DNA of 64,000 nucleotides from a virus. Its lineage: Duplodnaviria > Heunggongvirae > Uroviricota > Caudoviricetes. Below, one piece after another: positions 37,800 to 48,086 of the stretch. Both the position numbers and the translations under genes were made by a program. Numbering within the stretch: position 1 is the stretch's first letter; each line of letters starts with the position of its first letter. The notes beneath the pieces are model-generated. The model was not told where the DNA came from. It was given only the letters and a program-made list of their open reading frames with translations, and ran no database searches. The stretch lies in the IMG/VR virus record IMGVR_UViG_3300042554_002914. One strand, 5' to 3'.

Positions 37800-40700
37800 T
37801 TATTGTATAATATCGGCACTATCAGCAAGTTCCAAGACAATGCTAGGCCCCCACTTCAAGAATGATGATGCGCCGTACTTCCCAGATGGGCAAGTTATAA
37901 ATTCGGCATTGGTTATAACCCTGATATTCACCGTAGCACCCTCTGCAGGCCCCTCAGTGAAAATTATCCTCGACCCTTCCACCCTGTACGAATAGTCGCC
38001 CGCAGACGCACCCTGGAAGTAAGGAATCTGCATAGAACCCCCCAGATTAACTAAAATATTCTGAGAACTAACTGAAGCAGCGTTAACTGGTCTTGGGAGA
38101 GTTTCTGCTACATCGAAGTACCCATAAGTCAAATCAAATTCGGTTTTCACACCATTAAACTGGCTGGAGATGGAATTTAAAGAATATACTTGAACAGGAA
38201 AAACCGACTGAATGGCCCAGAAAGAAGAGGTACAAACAGTTCTAACATCAAACACGGTGCCAACTGCAAGGGCTTCGGAAAAAGTGATTTCCAACTCAGA
38301 GCCAGAGAGCCTAGTTAGGGTGTAAGAGTAAGGATCTAATGGACCGGGGGTTGTTATGGGCAACTGTCCAGTACCACCTAAGAATACAAAAGTATTATTG
38401 GCGTTAATGTCGAACGGTGCCAAGTTAATTGCAGGATCTTTTGATACCAAAGTAAACGAGAACCGGATGCCATTAATACTCTGGCCTTCCTTGATCTTTA
38501 GGGGCACCATTTGCAAAGTCCTATTATCATCATCAGATGTGACGATTCTAATATCACTCACTGCCCCTTGCAAAGGAGCTTCATTGAAGATTATTTGATT
38601 GCCATTGACTGTGTAGTCCTTACCGGGCACCTGAGTGACGGCCCCTAGAATTGCAAAAATGGAGTTAGCTGAAATCTGAGTTGGAGGTATGGGGACCCCA
38701 CCTTTAGTCAAGGTGAAGATAGTCGTGATACCGTTGAATAGGGGCGAAATAGAATCCGTTGAATATGCAGTAACCTGCCCAGGAAACTCTACAAATGGTT
38801 GCTGTTCGTAAATTTGTTGATTGGTCAGGTTTGCGAATGGGTTGATTTGCTCGAAATAGTTAGCTGTAAGGGCTTGTCTTTGGGGGCCAAAAATGATGAT
38901 TTCACCCTTATCGTTGACACCAGTAATTGTCAGCCTGCCACTCCACAAAGTAGTTGCTTGGAAGTCCGCCGCTAATTTTCTAGAGATATCGTTTGTTTGG
39001 AATTTAGGTAAGCCACGGGAGTAATTGTAGTATCCTACATATGCCCATGTATGAGTATTAGCAATGACTATGGACGGTTGATTGAATTCTACAGGCCACC
39101 TACTGGTAGTTAGGGCATAACCACCGGTTTCGGGGGTCAATGGTAAAGCACCGATGGGCAAGAGCCTATCCCCCCAATATTTAGGTTGAAGGTAAGTAAG
39201 TAGAGACTCCGGAGAATACCCCATAATCTGGAAGAATCTCAGTATTGCTCTCTTAGTGTTGGACCAATTAGGGTCATATAGCCCCGGTTCAGGAATGGGA
39301 TTAGTTCCACAAACCTTAACGGAAGTTTGAATGGGCCAAGAATTTGGTATAGTACCGGAATTAAAGTAGAAACCATTACCGGAGTTAAGTCTGATGGCCC
39401 TAACTATGGAGCCTGAGATACCAATTATTCGGACAAACTCATGATTGGTGTCATTTCCGATTCTGACGATAGAAACAGTTTGCCTAGGGTTCTGTAGAAC
39501 ACTAGCAGATAGAACAGAGAACTCAACTATTTCTGGCCTGTATCGTTGTGTGGGCCCTGGCAACCGCTCGGTTTGAATAACCGCAAGTGGGCTCACCAAG
39601 AAAGTCTCTGCACTGGTAACTAAATCTTTAAGGCAAATACCAAGGGATTCGGAACCATCATCATCGTCGTACTGATTATTAACCGGGTAGGTGGTGTAAG
39701 GGTTGGTAGAACCCCGGAAGTAGGTAGAATTTGGATAAACCGATAAATATTCATCTGCAGCATAGGACCCCTGGAAAGTCTGGCTGACTAAGTCCTGTCT
39801 TTCTAAGGTACTAGTATCGACGAATGGGGAATTGGTAGAAGTTGGGGATAGTTTTTCTGGTCCTGATGAGGGCTGGAAGTTACTAGCCTCCCCATAATAA
39901 ACTGAGGTCCAGTAATTATTTTCCGCAGCATACCAGTTTCTATTGGCGTATGTAGTGTAGGTTCCCGAAGGGTTATCGAAAGTCAGGTAACTATTACTGC
40001 CGGAGTCATAATTCTGCACCCACGGCCTATCGTAATCGGATGCCGTTATGGTAACATAGTACTCTATGTCTTGATTCCCATCCCCAATCAAATAGTTAAA
40101 CTGAGGTGAAGATCCCAAAATTCCCGTCTCCACTGCATCCACGGTGAACACACGGCCCCATCCCCCTAGTATCCCTGGGTCAAATTGAACATTGGGCCTT
40201 AAACTCGATGACCCGAGAATCTGACTACTTTGGTTGAGACGTAAAACATCGCCTATTTGAGGAGAAATAGCATTCGATGACGTATTACTTAATACTACGC
40301 TATAAGACTTTTCAATATCACTACGGGGGTCATGGAAACGCCTGATGTATGGCACCCCTAGGACAGGGATCAAATTGGTGTCAGTCGGTATAGTGCTGTC
40401 AGAAGACCTAATTCTCAACTGAGCAAATCTAGCCGGGTCATCCTGACCAGTGTTGATTGTGGGGCCACCATCTGTGGCCAGGAAGCCACGGTATGTGCAT
40501 TCTTCCGTCTCTACCCAAATTGCACTACCCGGCTTCAAAGAATAAGGAAGTAAATACCGTGGATCAAAATCCGCACTCAACTCAACTAGCTGAATTTCGG
40601 TATTAGTTGGATCAATGTAAGAGCTTACTATTCTGGATCCCAGGGAAAGAATCTTTTTGTTTTCTGACTTCTCAACTTGACCGATAGTTAAAGTCAAAGG

Positions 40701-42623
40701 TCTCTGGATGCCTTCAAAGACAAATCCTTGAGTATTATTCTGTGCTCCACTTATTGTATTTATTCCTAGAAAACCTTCGGCTTTGAAAGCTATGGACCCG
40801 AAGTTACTTGTGCTGTTAGTTAGGCTGGTGATTCCCCCATTTAGTGACCATACCCCAATTGCTGGACCGATGGTGTACACAGATTGTAGTTGAGCATAGG
40901 CTCCGTTCCTCACTCTGAACCCAAAATGTCTAAAATCATTATCTATATCTACTATGCCTAAACTAAGATTATCAACGGTTTTTAGGTTCTGATAGTAATA
41001 ACGTATGTTATTGATGGGTACTGAATTTAATTCTTGGAGCTGGTCTTCAACGGTTATATCAACTATAGATGCGGGCCTTTGGGATAAAGGCTTGGATAGA
41101 TATGTATACTCAGTCAATGACCACCATTTTTGTTCAGACCCTAGAGTGGTATAAACCTCATATGCCGTTGGGTCATTTTGTAGGCTGACAGATGTACAAG
41201 AGTTGGCAATGATGGACTTAAACCCAAGGACATTGGACCCGTCAAAATCAGTAAAACACATCCCATAATCAGACTTTAGATTTACCTGATTGACATAGGA
41301 TGATGAATTTTTTGTAGTATTTGAATTAATATTGTTCGGGAATGCCGTATCGGTGGGGCCCACGATGACAAAATCACCTGAATTAACCAGTAAATCACCG
41401 TCAGTTACTCTGCCCCCAAAGAATTCTGGGAAGGCTCTTTGAACCTTAGTATAATACTCGGCTAAGTCATTTTTAGATGCCTCTTCAACTACTCTTAGTC
41501 TGTGGGCTGATTTCAAAGTAAGGGAACAGCTGAAACTCACAGTCCTGGAATTGACATTAAGTGGAATTGATGTAAACGCAACGCTAGGTGCTCCACTAAA
41601 TGGTAATTGCTTTTCTGTGGATAACTGAAAAGTATATGTTGTTATGGGGATGGCATAGTATTCACCAGTAGAGAAAGTCCCAGTGCTTTGATCGATGCCA
41701 GGTGAGTACTGGATGTTAACTAAATCATTCAACTCTAGACCATGGGGCCTCCTAGTTCTGAATAGTGCGTAGGTATTCTGATTGGTAACTTCGACTACTT
41801 CGTTGTAGTTTACTTTATCGTTGATGGAAAAGTTGGAAAGGGACGAGTTGCCTGACAGTTTAAAAATAGAAGTTATAGGTTGATTAACTCCTGCTAATGC
41901 GGTAGGGAAAGTGTGGTTACGGTATGAAGGTACATATGAAGGGCAAACTACGCACTTTTTCAGGTCCAAACCAACGATAGAAATACCAGATGGCACTATA
42001 ATGGACCCGCTCTCAGTGTTAAATTTGCTTAAATCAGAGCTGGAAATATTTTCCGTTCCATAATTTGATAAGTCAAGAGAGAAGTCCGACAAGCTCTGCC
42101 CAGGGCCATTATTAGCGGTGAATCTTGACGACGCCAAAAAGATTGTGTACCTATTAGATTCACTCTTCTGGGATAAACCAGCCAGTACGTTGCTGATATA
42201 AATTTTCGATAGCTCCAGGATAGCCCTTGTTAATGTCTGGTAGGGCAATGCTTGTCCATCATTGGCAATGGCATCCGAGGAGAACTGAAATTCCGGGGCT
42301 ACAAATACTACATTACCATTGCCCCCAAGGAAAGGCGCTGCGATTGACCTCCATGACCTTACAGCATCACCTACATTCAAAGTACCGTCAACGGTATTCA
42401 ACCAGGATTCACCCCTCTCTGGGGTGCTTGTAGGGGCATCTGGTAGAACTGCCGTAGGACCAACTTTAATTACTCTTCCATCTGTTGTTCCAAAGAATAA
42501 TCCCGGTTCTTGGCTATTGGTGTTCAAACCGATTTCGCCGGGTTGCAGTTGGTTGGTAGGACGCTTACCCAGAAGGCTGGATTTTGCGAAAATGATTTTG
42601 TTTGCTGATTGTTCTCTGGTCAT
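37800..42623 (-). CDS. Large virion structural/fibre protein (1607 aa), paralogue of 33994..37755
   Basis: LQPGEIGLN N-terminus; shared blocks PYQTLTRA, GISIVGLDLKK, TNSTSNFG; C-terminal repeated FNG..T.F.L...Y..G..I.F.EAP domains. Confidence 0.8.
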   Translation of the reverse strand: MTREQSANKIIFAKSSLLGKRPTNQLQPGEIGLNTNSQEPGLFFGTTDGRVIKVGPTAVLPDAPTSTPERGESWLNTVDGTLNVGDAVRSWRSIAAPFLGGNGNVVFVAPEFQFSSDAIANDGQALPYQTLTRAILELSKIYISNVLAGLSQKSESNRYTIFLASSRFTANNGPGQSLSDFSLDLSNYGTENISSSDLSKFNTESGSIIVPSGISIVGLDLKKCVVCPSYVPSYRNHTFPTALAGVNQPITSIFKLSGNSSLSNFSINDKVNYNEVVEVTNQNTYALFRTRRPHGLELNDLVNIQYSPGIDQSTGTFSTGEYYAIPITTYTFQLSTEKQLPFSGAPSVAFTSIPLNVNSRTVSFSCSLTLKSAHRLRVVEEASKNDLAEYYTKVQRAFPEFFGGRVTDGDLLVNSGDFVIVGPTDTAFPNNINSNTTKNSSSYVNQVNLKSDYGMCFTDFDGSNVLGFKSIIANSCTSVSLQNDPTAYEVYTTLGSEQKWWSLTEYTYLSKPLSQRPASIVDITVEDQLQELNSVPINNIRYYYQNLKTVDNLSLGIVDIDNDFRHFGFRVRNGAYAQLQSVYTIGPAIGVWSLNGGITSLTNSTSNFGSIAFKAEGFLGINTISGAQNNTQGFVFEGIQRPLTLTIGQVEKSENKKILSLGSRIVSSYIDPTNTEIQLVELSADFDPRYLLPYSLKPGSAIWVETEECTYRGFLATDGGPTINTGQDDPARFAQLRIRSSDSTIPTDTNLIPVLGVPYIRRFHDPRSDIEKSYSVVLSNTSSNAISPQIGDVLRLNQSSQILGSSSLRPNVQFDPGILGGWGRVFTVDAVETGILGSSPQFNYLIGDGNQDIEYYVTITASDYDRPWVQNYDSGSNSYLTFDNPSGTYTTYANRNWYAAENNYWTSVYYGEASNFQPSSGPEKLSPTSTNSPFVDTSTLERQDLVSQTFQGSYAADEYLSVYPNSTYFRGSTNPYTTYPVNNQYDDDDGSESLGICLKDLVTSAETFLVSPLAVIQTERLPGPTQRYRPEIVEFSVLSASVLQNPRQTVSIVRIGNDTNHEFVRIIGISGSIVRAIRLNSGNGFYFNSGTIPNSWPIQTSVKVCGTNPIPEPGLYDPNWSNTKRAILRFFQIMGYSPESLLTYLQPKYWGDRLLPIGALPLTPETGGYALTTSRWPVEFNQPSIVIANTHTWAYVGYYNYSRGLPKFQTNDISRKLAADFQATTLWSGRLTITGVNDKGEIIIFGPQRQALTANYFEQINPFANLTNQQIYEQQPFVEFPGQVTAYSTDSISPLFNGITTIFTLTKGGVPIPPTQISANSIFAILGAVTQVPGKDYTVNGNQIIFNEAPLQGAVSDIRIVTSDDDNRTLQMVPLKIKEGQSINGIRFSFTLVSKDPAINLAPFDINANNTFVFLGGTGQLPITTPGPLDPYSYTLTRLSGSELEITFSEALAVGTVFDVRTVCTSSFWAIQSVFPVQVYSLNSISSQFNGVKTEFDLTYGYFDVAETLPRPVNAASVSSQNILVNLGGSMQIPYFQGASAGDYSYRVEGSRIIFTEGPAEGATVNIRVITNAEFITCPSGKYGASSFLKWGPSIVLELADSADIIQ

Positions 42624-42672
42624 TGCTAAAGAGCTTTCTATTTGAGCGCAAAGGCGCCCCTATTCTTACCCC

Positions 42673-43869
42673 TTAATCCTTAGAATAGTCTTTGACTCCA
42701 TCATACAAAATGTCGATAACTTTGGCAGCGTCATTGTTTGATAGCTTGGCCCATGGGCCTTTCTTGTATGACTTCAGGGGCTGCCCAACCCTGGACACAA
42801 TCATATAGGTAATTTCGTTGTCGGAGATGCCGTGACTCCTGAGCGCATCGTAAACCCTGGGCAGATTGTCCCTCATTTTTAGCAAATTCTGGGGGGCATC
42901 CCCCTTGATTGACCCTTTATGTACTCCCATTTGGGGGTCTGTTTTTGATCTATGGTCCCCAGAGGTCAAGGGATCAGTTTTTCTAAGGTCGAAAGTCGAA
43001 CCTTTTGGTAAAAACCCCTTGTTGGTAAAAGCCCCCAGTGCTTCAGATAACGCTGCTTTGACGCTTTGCTGCGATAAGCCCATATCAACAAACCTGGACC
43101 TACCATTTTTATCGATCAATACGTTATCACTATGTGCATCGTTGTGAGCTATCCCGAGCCTATGGACCTGTGATCTCAAGAACCAGTAAGCATCTCCAAT
43201 GGATGTCTTTCCTACTTTGTCTGAAGACTTACTAAAGTTACCATAACTCTCACCTGGCACCAGTCCCATGACTATACGACCATTTATTATATAGACACCA
43301 CCCTCTGCCTTTGGTTTGCCTTTGGCTATTTCCCCATATATCAGTTTAGGACCTAAACCGGCTTTCCCTAAGATTTGAGTTATTTCCGCTTCCGTTGTAC
43401 TTACCTGGCCACGTTTAACGGCATAGCTCGGGTTTCCTTTTATCAAGAGCACAGTACCAAATCCACCTTCCCCTAATTTGGTTCCTTTACTTAGGGACCC
43501 GGACCAGTCAAATTGATCCTTAGTGCCATTAATGATCCTACCTACCTTGAAACTAGAATCAAAATCAGAAGCATCATCTCTGGCCCATTGTGTGTTACCA
43601 GTAATTATTTTTCCTGGCCTCTTGATTGACTCTTGATTTACTTTGGGTACAGATTTTGTGCTTGCTTTTGTGTTTGGTTTCACCCTCGCCAAGTAGTCTT
43701 CCAGACTTTCCTTGGCATCATCGATGAAACTAGCATCAATAGACCCGGATATACGGTCAATAGATTTAGATATGTTATCTCCAAAATCAACCCTACAAAC
43801 TTTTATTCGGGAGATGCACGTTGACCCACATGATTTTCCTATATCACACCTGTCCCCTTTACCAAACAC
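42673..43869 (-). CDS. Ser/Thr protein kinase-like protein with N-terminal Cys4 module
   Basis: LGEGGFGTV, YAVK, HNDAHSDNV, FVDMG; N-terminus RCDIGKSCGSTCISRIKVCRV. Confidence 0.88.
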   Translation of the reverse strand: MFGKGDRCDIGKSCGSTCISRIKVCRVDFGDNISKSIDRISGSIDASFIDDAKESLEDYLARVKPNTKASTKSVPKVNQESIKRPGKIITGNTQWARDDASDFDSSFKVGRIINGTKDQFDWSGSLSKGTKLGEGGFGTVLLIKGNPSYAVKRGQVSTTEAEITQILGKAGLGPKLIYGEIAKGKPKAEGGVYIINGRIVMGLVPGESYGNFSKSSDKVGKTSIGDAYWFLRSQVHRLGIAHNDAHSDNVLIDKNGRSRFVDMGLSQQSVKAALSEALGAFTNKGFLPKGSTFDLRKTDPLTSGDHRSKTDPQMGVHKGSIKGDAPQNLLKMRDNLPRVYDALRSHGISDNEITYMIVSRVGQPLKSYKKGPWAKLSNNDAAKVIDILYDGVKDYSKD

Positions 43870-43873
43870 GGAC

Positions 43874-44308
43874 TCAGCCCCCGTTTAGTAAAGTCTCTAG
43901 TCTAGCGATTCGGTTTGATACTGTGTCTATCTTTTCGGAATATGACAATTCTTCACCTGTGGCGATTCGGTGGTCATCGGTATTCTTTCTGGCCAGGTCC
44001 AGGGTGGCCATCTTGGCATCTATGTCTTCGCGCTTCTTGACTAGCTCCTTAACTTGCTTCATTTGTTCTTGCAAGGATTGAAACGCCCCCCTCTGACGGG
44101 AGATTTTCATTTTCTCGTTTAGGGACTCTATTTGGCTGGTTAAATCCGTATGCTTTTTCCCAAGGTCTCCATACTCGCTATAACTAGGTCGAAGGCCCAG
44201 GACTACTGTAGGCTCCATTACAGTACCTTTGGCATAATCTGTGGGCTTATGGGAATAAGCTTGGATCGCCTTATCGTATGCTTCTTTTGAGATTTTATCT
44301 TTTCTCAT
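43874..44308 (-). CDS. Hypothetical coiled-coil protein
   Basis: 144-aa ORF preceded by GGGTAAA. Confidence 0.65.
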   Translation of the reverse strand: MRKDKISKEAYDKAIQAYSHKPTDYAKGTVMEPTVVLGLRPSYSEYGDLGKKHTDLTSQIESLNEKMKISRQRGAFQSLQEQMKQVKELVKKREDIDAKMATLDLARKNTDDHRIATGEELSYSEKIDTVSNRIARLETLLNGG

Positions 44309-44337
44309 TTTAAGAGTCCATTATGTTTTCTTTTACC

Positions 44338-44727
44338 CTAATTGAAGTCGATGTTTTTTCTGGCCATAATATCCATGGCTTCATTCCATTTAAATCGATT
44401 CGACCACCAGGCCGATGAAGATGGCCCTTTAGCGATGTTCTTGGAGTGCCTAGACTTAAACTTTTTACGCTTCATCTTCATGCGTTCAGATTCACCTTCT
44501 TTAGGTGGCCCAGCAGTTTCTGCCCCCTTTTGGCCAAATTTCTTCAATTCTTCCTTACCGTCATGGCACCATTTGACCACATGGCTTTTTTCGTCGCCAG
44601 ATTTAGTAGGGCGTGGTTTATTACAAGCCATTTTAGACTTGTCATAAGTCTCCCCAAACTGCTCAGCAAACATGTTATAGAATGCCTCTAGGGCTTCATC
44701 GCTGAAATTTGCACTACCGTAAAGCAT
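44338..44727 (-). CDS. Hypothetical basic protein
   Basis: CNKPR...KSHVVK...KFGQ.G...F..RH...AWWS...W pattern; N-terminal NFSDEALEAF leader. Confidence 0.7.
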   Translation of the reverse strand: MLYGSANFSDEALEAFYNMFAEQFGETYDKSKMACNKPRPTKSGDEKSHVVKWCHDGKEELKKFGQKGAETAGPPKEGESERMKMKRKKFKSRHSKNIAKGPSSSAWWSNRFKWNEAMDIMARKNIDFN

Positions 44728-45143
44728 TACTCTTTCTCTCCATGTTTCAAATAGTCTGCAATTGCTGTTAAACTGTGGGAAGCTTCTGAAATTTTTGATG
44801 CTATCCAGGGGTCTGAGTTGCTATTGGGGGTGATCATTCCTAAGGAAGTGGCGATATTATCCTGCATTGATTTTAACTGAGTGATTAACATACCACCATT
44901 AGGTTCGAAATCAGCGTCCCCTTCCCCCATGATAAAAGTCGATGGTTTTGTGATGGGTTCTTTTTTCATACCGGGGGCAATGGCCATCTTATCCATTGGG
45001 GTAAGGTCGGGGTTTTGACCCCCTGATGCTTCACCAGATCTGGTAGTCCTGGGACCTTTAGCACCCTTGGCAGCATTCTCCACAAAATTCAAGTCAAAGC
45101 CCAAACCTTGGAGACGTCTCCAATCGTACTCAGAAATAGTCAT
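44727..45143 (-). CDS. Hypothetical protein with EYDWxRLQGLGFDLxFVE leader
   Basis: 138-aa ORF; C-terminal W..SKI..A...L..I.DYL. Confidence 0.7.
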   Translation of the reverse strand: MTISEYDWRRLQGLGFDLNFVENAAKGAKGPRTTRSGEASGGQNPDLTPMDKMAIAPGMKKEPITKPSTFIMGEGDADFEPNGGMLITQLKSMQDNIATSLGMITPNSNSDPWIASKISEASHSLTAIADYLKHGEKE

Positions 45144-45218
45144 TTTATCTCAGGAAGTAATTAATGTTACCCTGTGAGGGTTGGGGTCGTAATACTTGGG
45201 AATTAAATACCGCCATAC

Positions 45219-45937
45219 CTAGCGAGGCCACCATTTAAATAATTTCCGGAGTGGCGATGGCTGAATGAATCGTGTCCTCATGATTTCGGAAATTTCCAGG
45301 TACAGGTTTTCTAAGGTATCCTTATTGCTTTTTATTGTTAAATCAAATTTATTCCTTTCTTCAGTACCGTACTGAACTGACAAGATTCCAATTGGCAAAT
45401 TACCCACCTTAACCATCCTATTGTAGAAACAGTCAATCCCATTCCTAGACAGATAGTCCTTACAAGCTTGAGGCAATTCCTCACTAAATTTCACAGTCAA
45501 CCAATCATTTTCCTTAAGCATGGCTTCAATATCCCTTATGAAACTGCCTATTTGAATATCTTTTACCGGGGATGCCATAGCAGAACTATCTTTAGCTGTG
45601 TAGGTATTGGTAGTGGACATTTTTTGGAGGTGGTACCCCGTAAAATCAACTTGTCCATTATGGAAGGAACACAAAATAACCCTAGAAGCATTAGTTATGA
45701 TACCAATTTGAGCCAAACAAGTGTTGATTTCCTTTTCTTTCTCGATGTGATTTAGAAAGACATCTAGTTTATTTATAGTTCGGGGGGCAATCACCTTGGT
45801 AACAAGGGCCCAAAGGGCAAACCCAAGGACCAACACGGAATCGCCGGTAAAAGTGAAATTGACTGGGGCTTGGGGAGCAGGTTGCGGAGCAGGTTGCGGA
45901 GCAGGGGCCCCTTGACTGATATTATTTGGAGTGGTCA
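45219..45937 (-). CDS. Membrane-anchored GAF-like protein, possible T4-t-like holin (start about 45937)
   Basis: Single TM segment (SVLVLGFALWALV) followed by ASRVILCSFHNG...LPIGILSVQY GAF-like domain. Confidence 0.45.
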
Positions 45938-45951
45938 TAGAATTTGGTAAA

Positions 45952-46452
45952 TTATTTGGTTTTAGAGTGCTTTTTCCAAAGGTCGTTATCAGCCTGGCGA
46001 GCCTTACCAACTCCTGTAATAAATGAATTCACTCTGGCTAATGCCCATTGCTGCGGGGAAACTCCGGGCCGGTGACCGGAACGCCATGCTGCGATCCCTC
46101 TACTGTATACTTCTCCTAGGATACTAGCAGAAATTCCGGACTTCTCAGATTTTGCTTTTAGTGCCTTGCTAGACCCCTCTGAATACTTATCATCGAAGGC
46201 TTTAGTTGCGGGGGATTGAGGGATTTTTTCGTTTCTTTTCCTGAACTTATCGTCAGATTCCCAATCTTTGTATAGGTCTTTGGGTGATACTCCAGGGTCT
46301 TTAGCCTTTTGCATCGTTTCTTTAGCTTCTTCCTTGGCGATGGTTTGTTCCTTGGGGGTCAATCCTTTTTTATACCTAGCAGGTAGGGCCCTCTCTACAA
46401 ACTGCAAATCAAAGCCAAGACCCTGTAGGCGGTTCCAGTCGTATTCCATCAA
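45952..46452 (-). CDS. Hypothetical protein (DUF5824-like C-terminus) with EYDWxRLQGLGFDLxFVE leader
   Basis: L..KSEKSGIS..IL.EVY.RG.AAW..GHRPG....QWA.ARVNSF. Confidence 0.75.
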   Translation of the reverse strand: MMEYDWNRLQGLGFDLQFVERALPARYKKGLTPKEQTIAKEEAKETMQKAKDPGVSPKDLYKDWESDDKFRKRNEKIPQSPATKAFDDKYSEGSSKALKAKSEKSGISASILGEVYSRGIAAWRSGHRPGVSPQQWALARVNSFITGVGKARQADNDLWKKHSKTK

Positions 46453-47165
46453 TTGCCATCCGGTAAACCACTACCACCATTTTCAAGCCTTTGCCTGACA
46501 GTTTCCGGTAAACCAGATTCCCATTTGTTTTTGATTGCGATGCGGATGATGGCAGCCATAACCTTACGTGGATCAGCGGTGCGACCTACGGATGACCATG
46601 CAGCAGCGACATCTTGGGGGCTAGCGATTGGGAAAGACATTCCGGGGCCTGCGAATTCCCCCTTTGTTTTTCCTGCCTTTAGTTTTTCCCTGGACTCAGC
46701 ATCCCATTCCCTGAATTTTGCTGAATTGCTTGGCTTCGCGTTACATGAGTTACATTTACAATTACCCGACTGGCAAGACTTGCATTTATCTTCTTTGAAC
46801 GGTTGGGGAATTGACATCAGTTCGGTATCGTCTGCAAAGTTATATTCTTTTCTTTTAAGTTCTTTGAAAGAATCCATTCTAGCTTTGCGGCGACCCATGA
46901 TTTCCTTCATAGCATCTGCCCCGTCAGCGTGGCTATCATAGTCCCTATTGACTAGGTTGGCCCTCCGTTCTCGGATGGCCTTATTGCCCTTTAGAATAGC
47001 CTCCTTGTGCATCGACAAGCCACCTTCAGGGGTGGGGGACCATTTACGGCCGATTTTATTCCTTTTCATCAACTGATCAGTAGAAATGGCATTACTGGCA
47101 TTTAACTGTCCCCCGACACCCGGCAAGAGTACAGAGGAGAAATCCATGTGTTCTCCGTAAGGCAT
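46449..47165 (-). CDS. Hypothetical protein (probable start MPYGE at 47165)
   Basis: ORF with CxxCxxxxCxCxxC and C-terminal EFAGP..SFPI....DV.AAW; GGGTAAA lies about 25 nt upstream of 47165. Confidence 0.65.
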   Translation of the reverse strand: MPYGEHMDFSSVLLPGVGGQLNASNAISTDQLMKRNKIGRKWSPTPEGGLSMHKEAILKGNKAIRERRANLVNRDYDSHADGADAMKEIMGRRKARMDSFKELKRKEYNFADDTELMSIPQPFKEDKCKSCQSGNCKCNSCNAKPSNSAKFREWDAESREKLKAGKTKGEFAGPGMSFPIASPQDVAAAWSSVGRTADPRKVMAAIIRIAIKNKWESGLPETVRQRLENGGSGLPDGN

Positions 47166-47190
47166 AAGAGTAGTTAGAAACTTATTTCTT

Positions 47191-47511
47191 TTACCCTTTG
47201 CCTTCGGTATTTGCATCTGAGTTGCTATCTAAACTATTGTCCTTATTGTTTGACTTACCGGAACTCCCCTTGGCAGCCATCCCCAAAGCAGCAGCGGGTA
47301 CTAGCAACGCTAAGAAGACATTGGCTGCGGATTTGGCAGTTTCGGAGAAACTATCGGATATTTTTAAGCAAAAAGCTGAGTAGGAATCATTTGGTGATTT
47401 CCTTAGGTTATTGCGGCACGATATATTTTCATACCCTATCATGGCAATTTGTGCTACAAAAATAGCCACCAAAGCTCTGACTAAAAATGCTCTCTCGTTG
47501 AATTCTTTCAT
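47191..47511 (-). CDS. Hypothetical two-TM membrane protein
   Basis: Two hydrophobic helices flanking a Cys-containing loop. Confidence 0.6.
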   Translation of the reverse strand: MKEFNERAFLVRALVAIFVAQIAMIGYENISCRNNLRKSPNDSYSAFCLKISDSFSETAKSAANVFLALLVPAAALGMAAKGSSGKSNNKDNSLDSNSDANTEGKG

Positions 47512-47561
47512 TGCCCTTCAGCGAATCTACTTAGATTTACCCTTTGCTGACTGGTTAATTC

Positions 47562-47741
47562 TTAAAGGTAACGCATCCCCTCAATTACTTCGGGAGATAC
47601 CGAGCCTGAACTCTTTAATTCTTGGGCTGCCTTAAGGAGGGTTTGGGCCTTTTCTAAATCAGCAGGGTCTCTGCGGGCGACTTTATAAGCCCCCATTAAT
47701 TTTTGGTATTTTTTATCGGATTCAGACATTTTGCTTGCCAT
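47562..47741 (-). CDS. Small helical protein (59 aa), candidate kinase partner/immunity protein
   Basis: Manual translation MASKMSESDKKYQKLMGAYKVARRDP...VIEGMRYL; TGATG coupling to the upstream kinase-tail remnant. Confidence 0.6.
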   Translation of the reverse strand: MASKMSESDKKYQKLMGAYKVARRDPADLEKAQTLLKAAQELKSSGSVSPEVIEGMRYL

Positions 47742-47774
47742 CAGACCTTGTCGTATAGAAGGTCAATGTATTTC

Positions 47775-48050
47775 TTAGGGTTTTGCTAGGGGCTTCGCTG
47801 CGGACTTCTTAGCCGGGGATACCTTTTGAACTTTCTTAATTGCTTCAACAGCTTTATTTAGGCCCATGTTTAAAGACCAGGGGATATCAACCATGCAAAC
47901 ATGGTATCTCGGGATGCAGGATGCTCCGCAAGATTTCCCTTTGTTGCACTTTTTTCTTTTTAATTTGGGCAAATTGAGGCCGCCTAGTCTGGCTATTTGG
48001 CCTCTTTTTGCGGTATTAATTTCAGCTTCCGTTTTTCCCAGGGGTGCCAT
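47775..48050 (-). CDS. Cys4-module protein, apparently an internally deleted kinase paralogue
   Basis: KKCNKGKSCGASCIPRYHVCMV; followed out of frame by KYIDLLYDKV* (47773-47741), similar to the kinase tail KVIDILYDGV. Confidence 0.65.
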   Translation of the reverse strand: MAPLGKTEAEINTAKRGQIARLGGLNLPKLKRKKCNKGKSCGASCIPRYHVCMVDIPWSLNMGLNKAVEAIKKVQKVSPAKKSAAKPLAKP

Positions 48051-48086
48051 TGAATTCAGGGTATTTATGCTTTAAATTTACCCAAT

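Noticed and set aside
28518-42623. Diversity-generating retroelement acting on fibre genes
   Set aside because: No reverse transcriptase in the window and no TR/VR pair with adenine-specific differences was seen.
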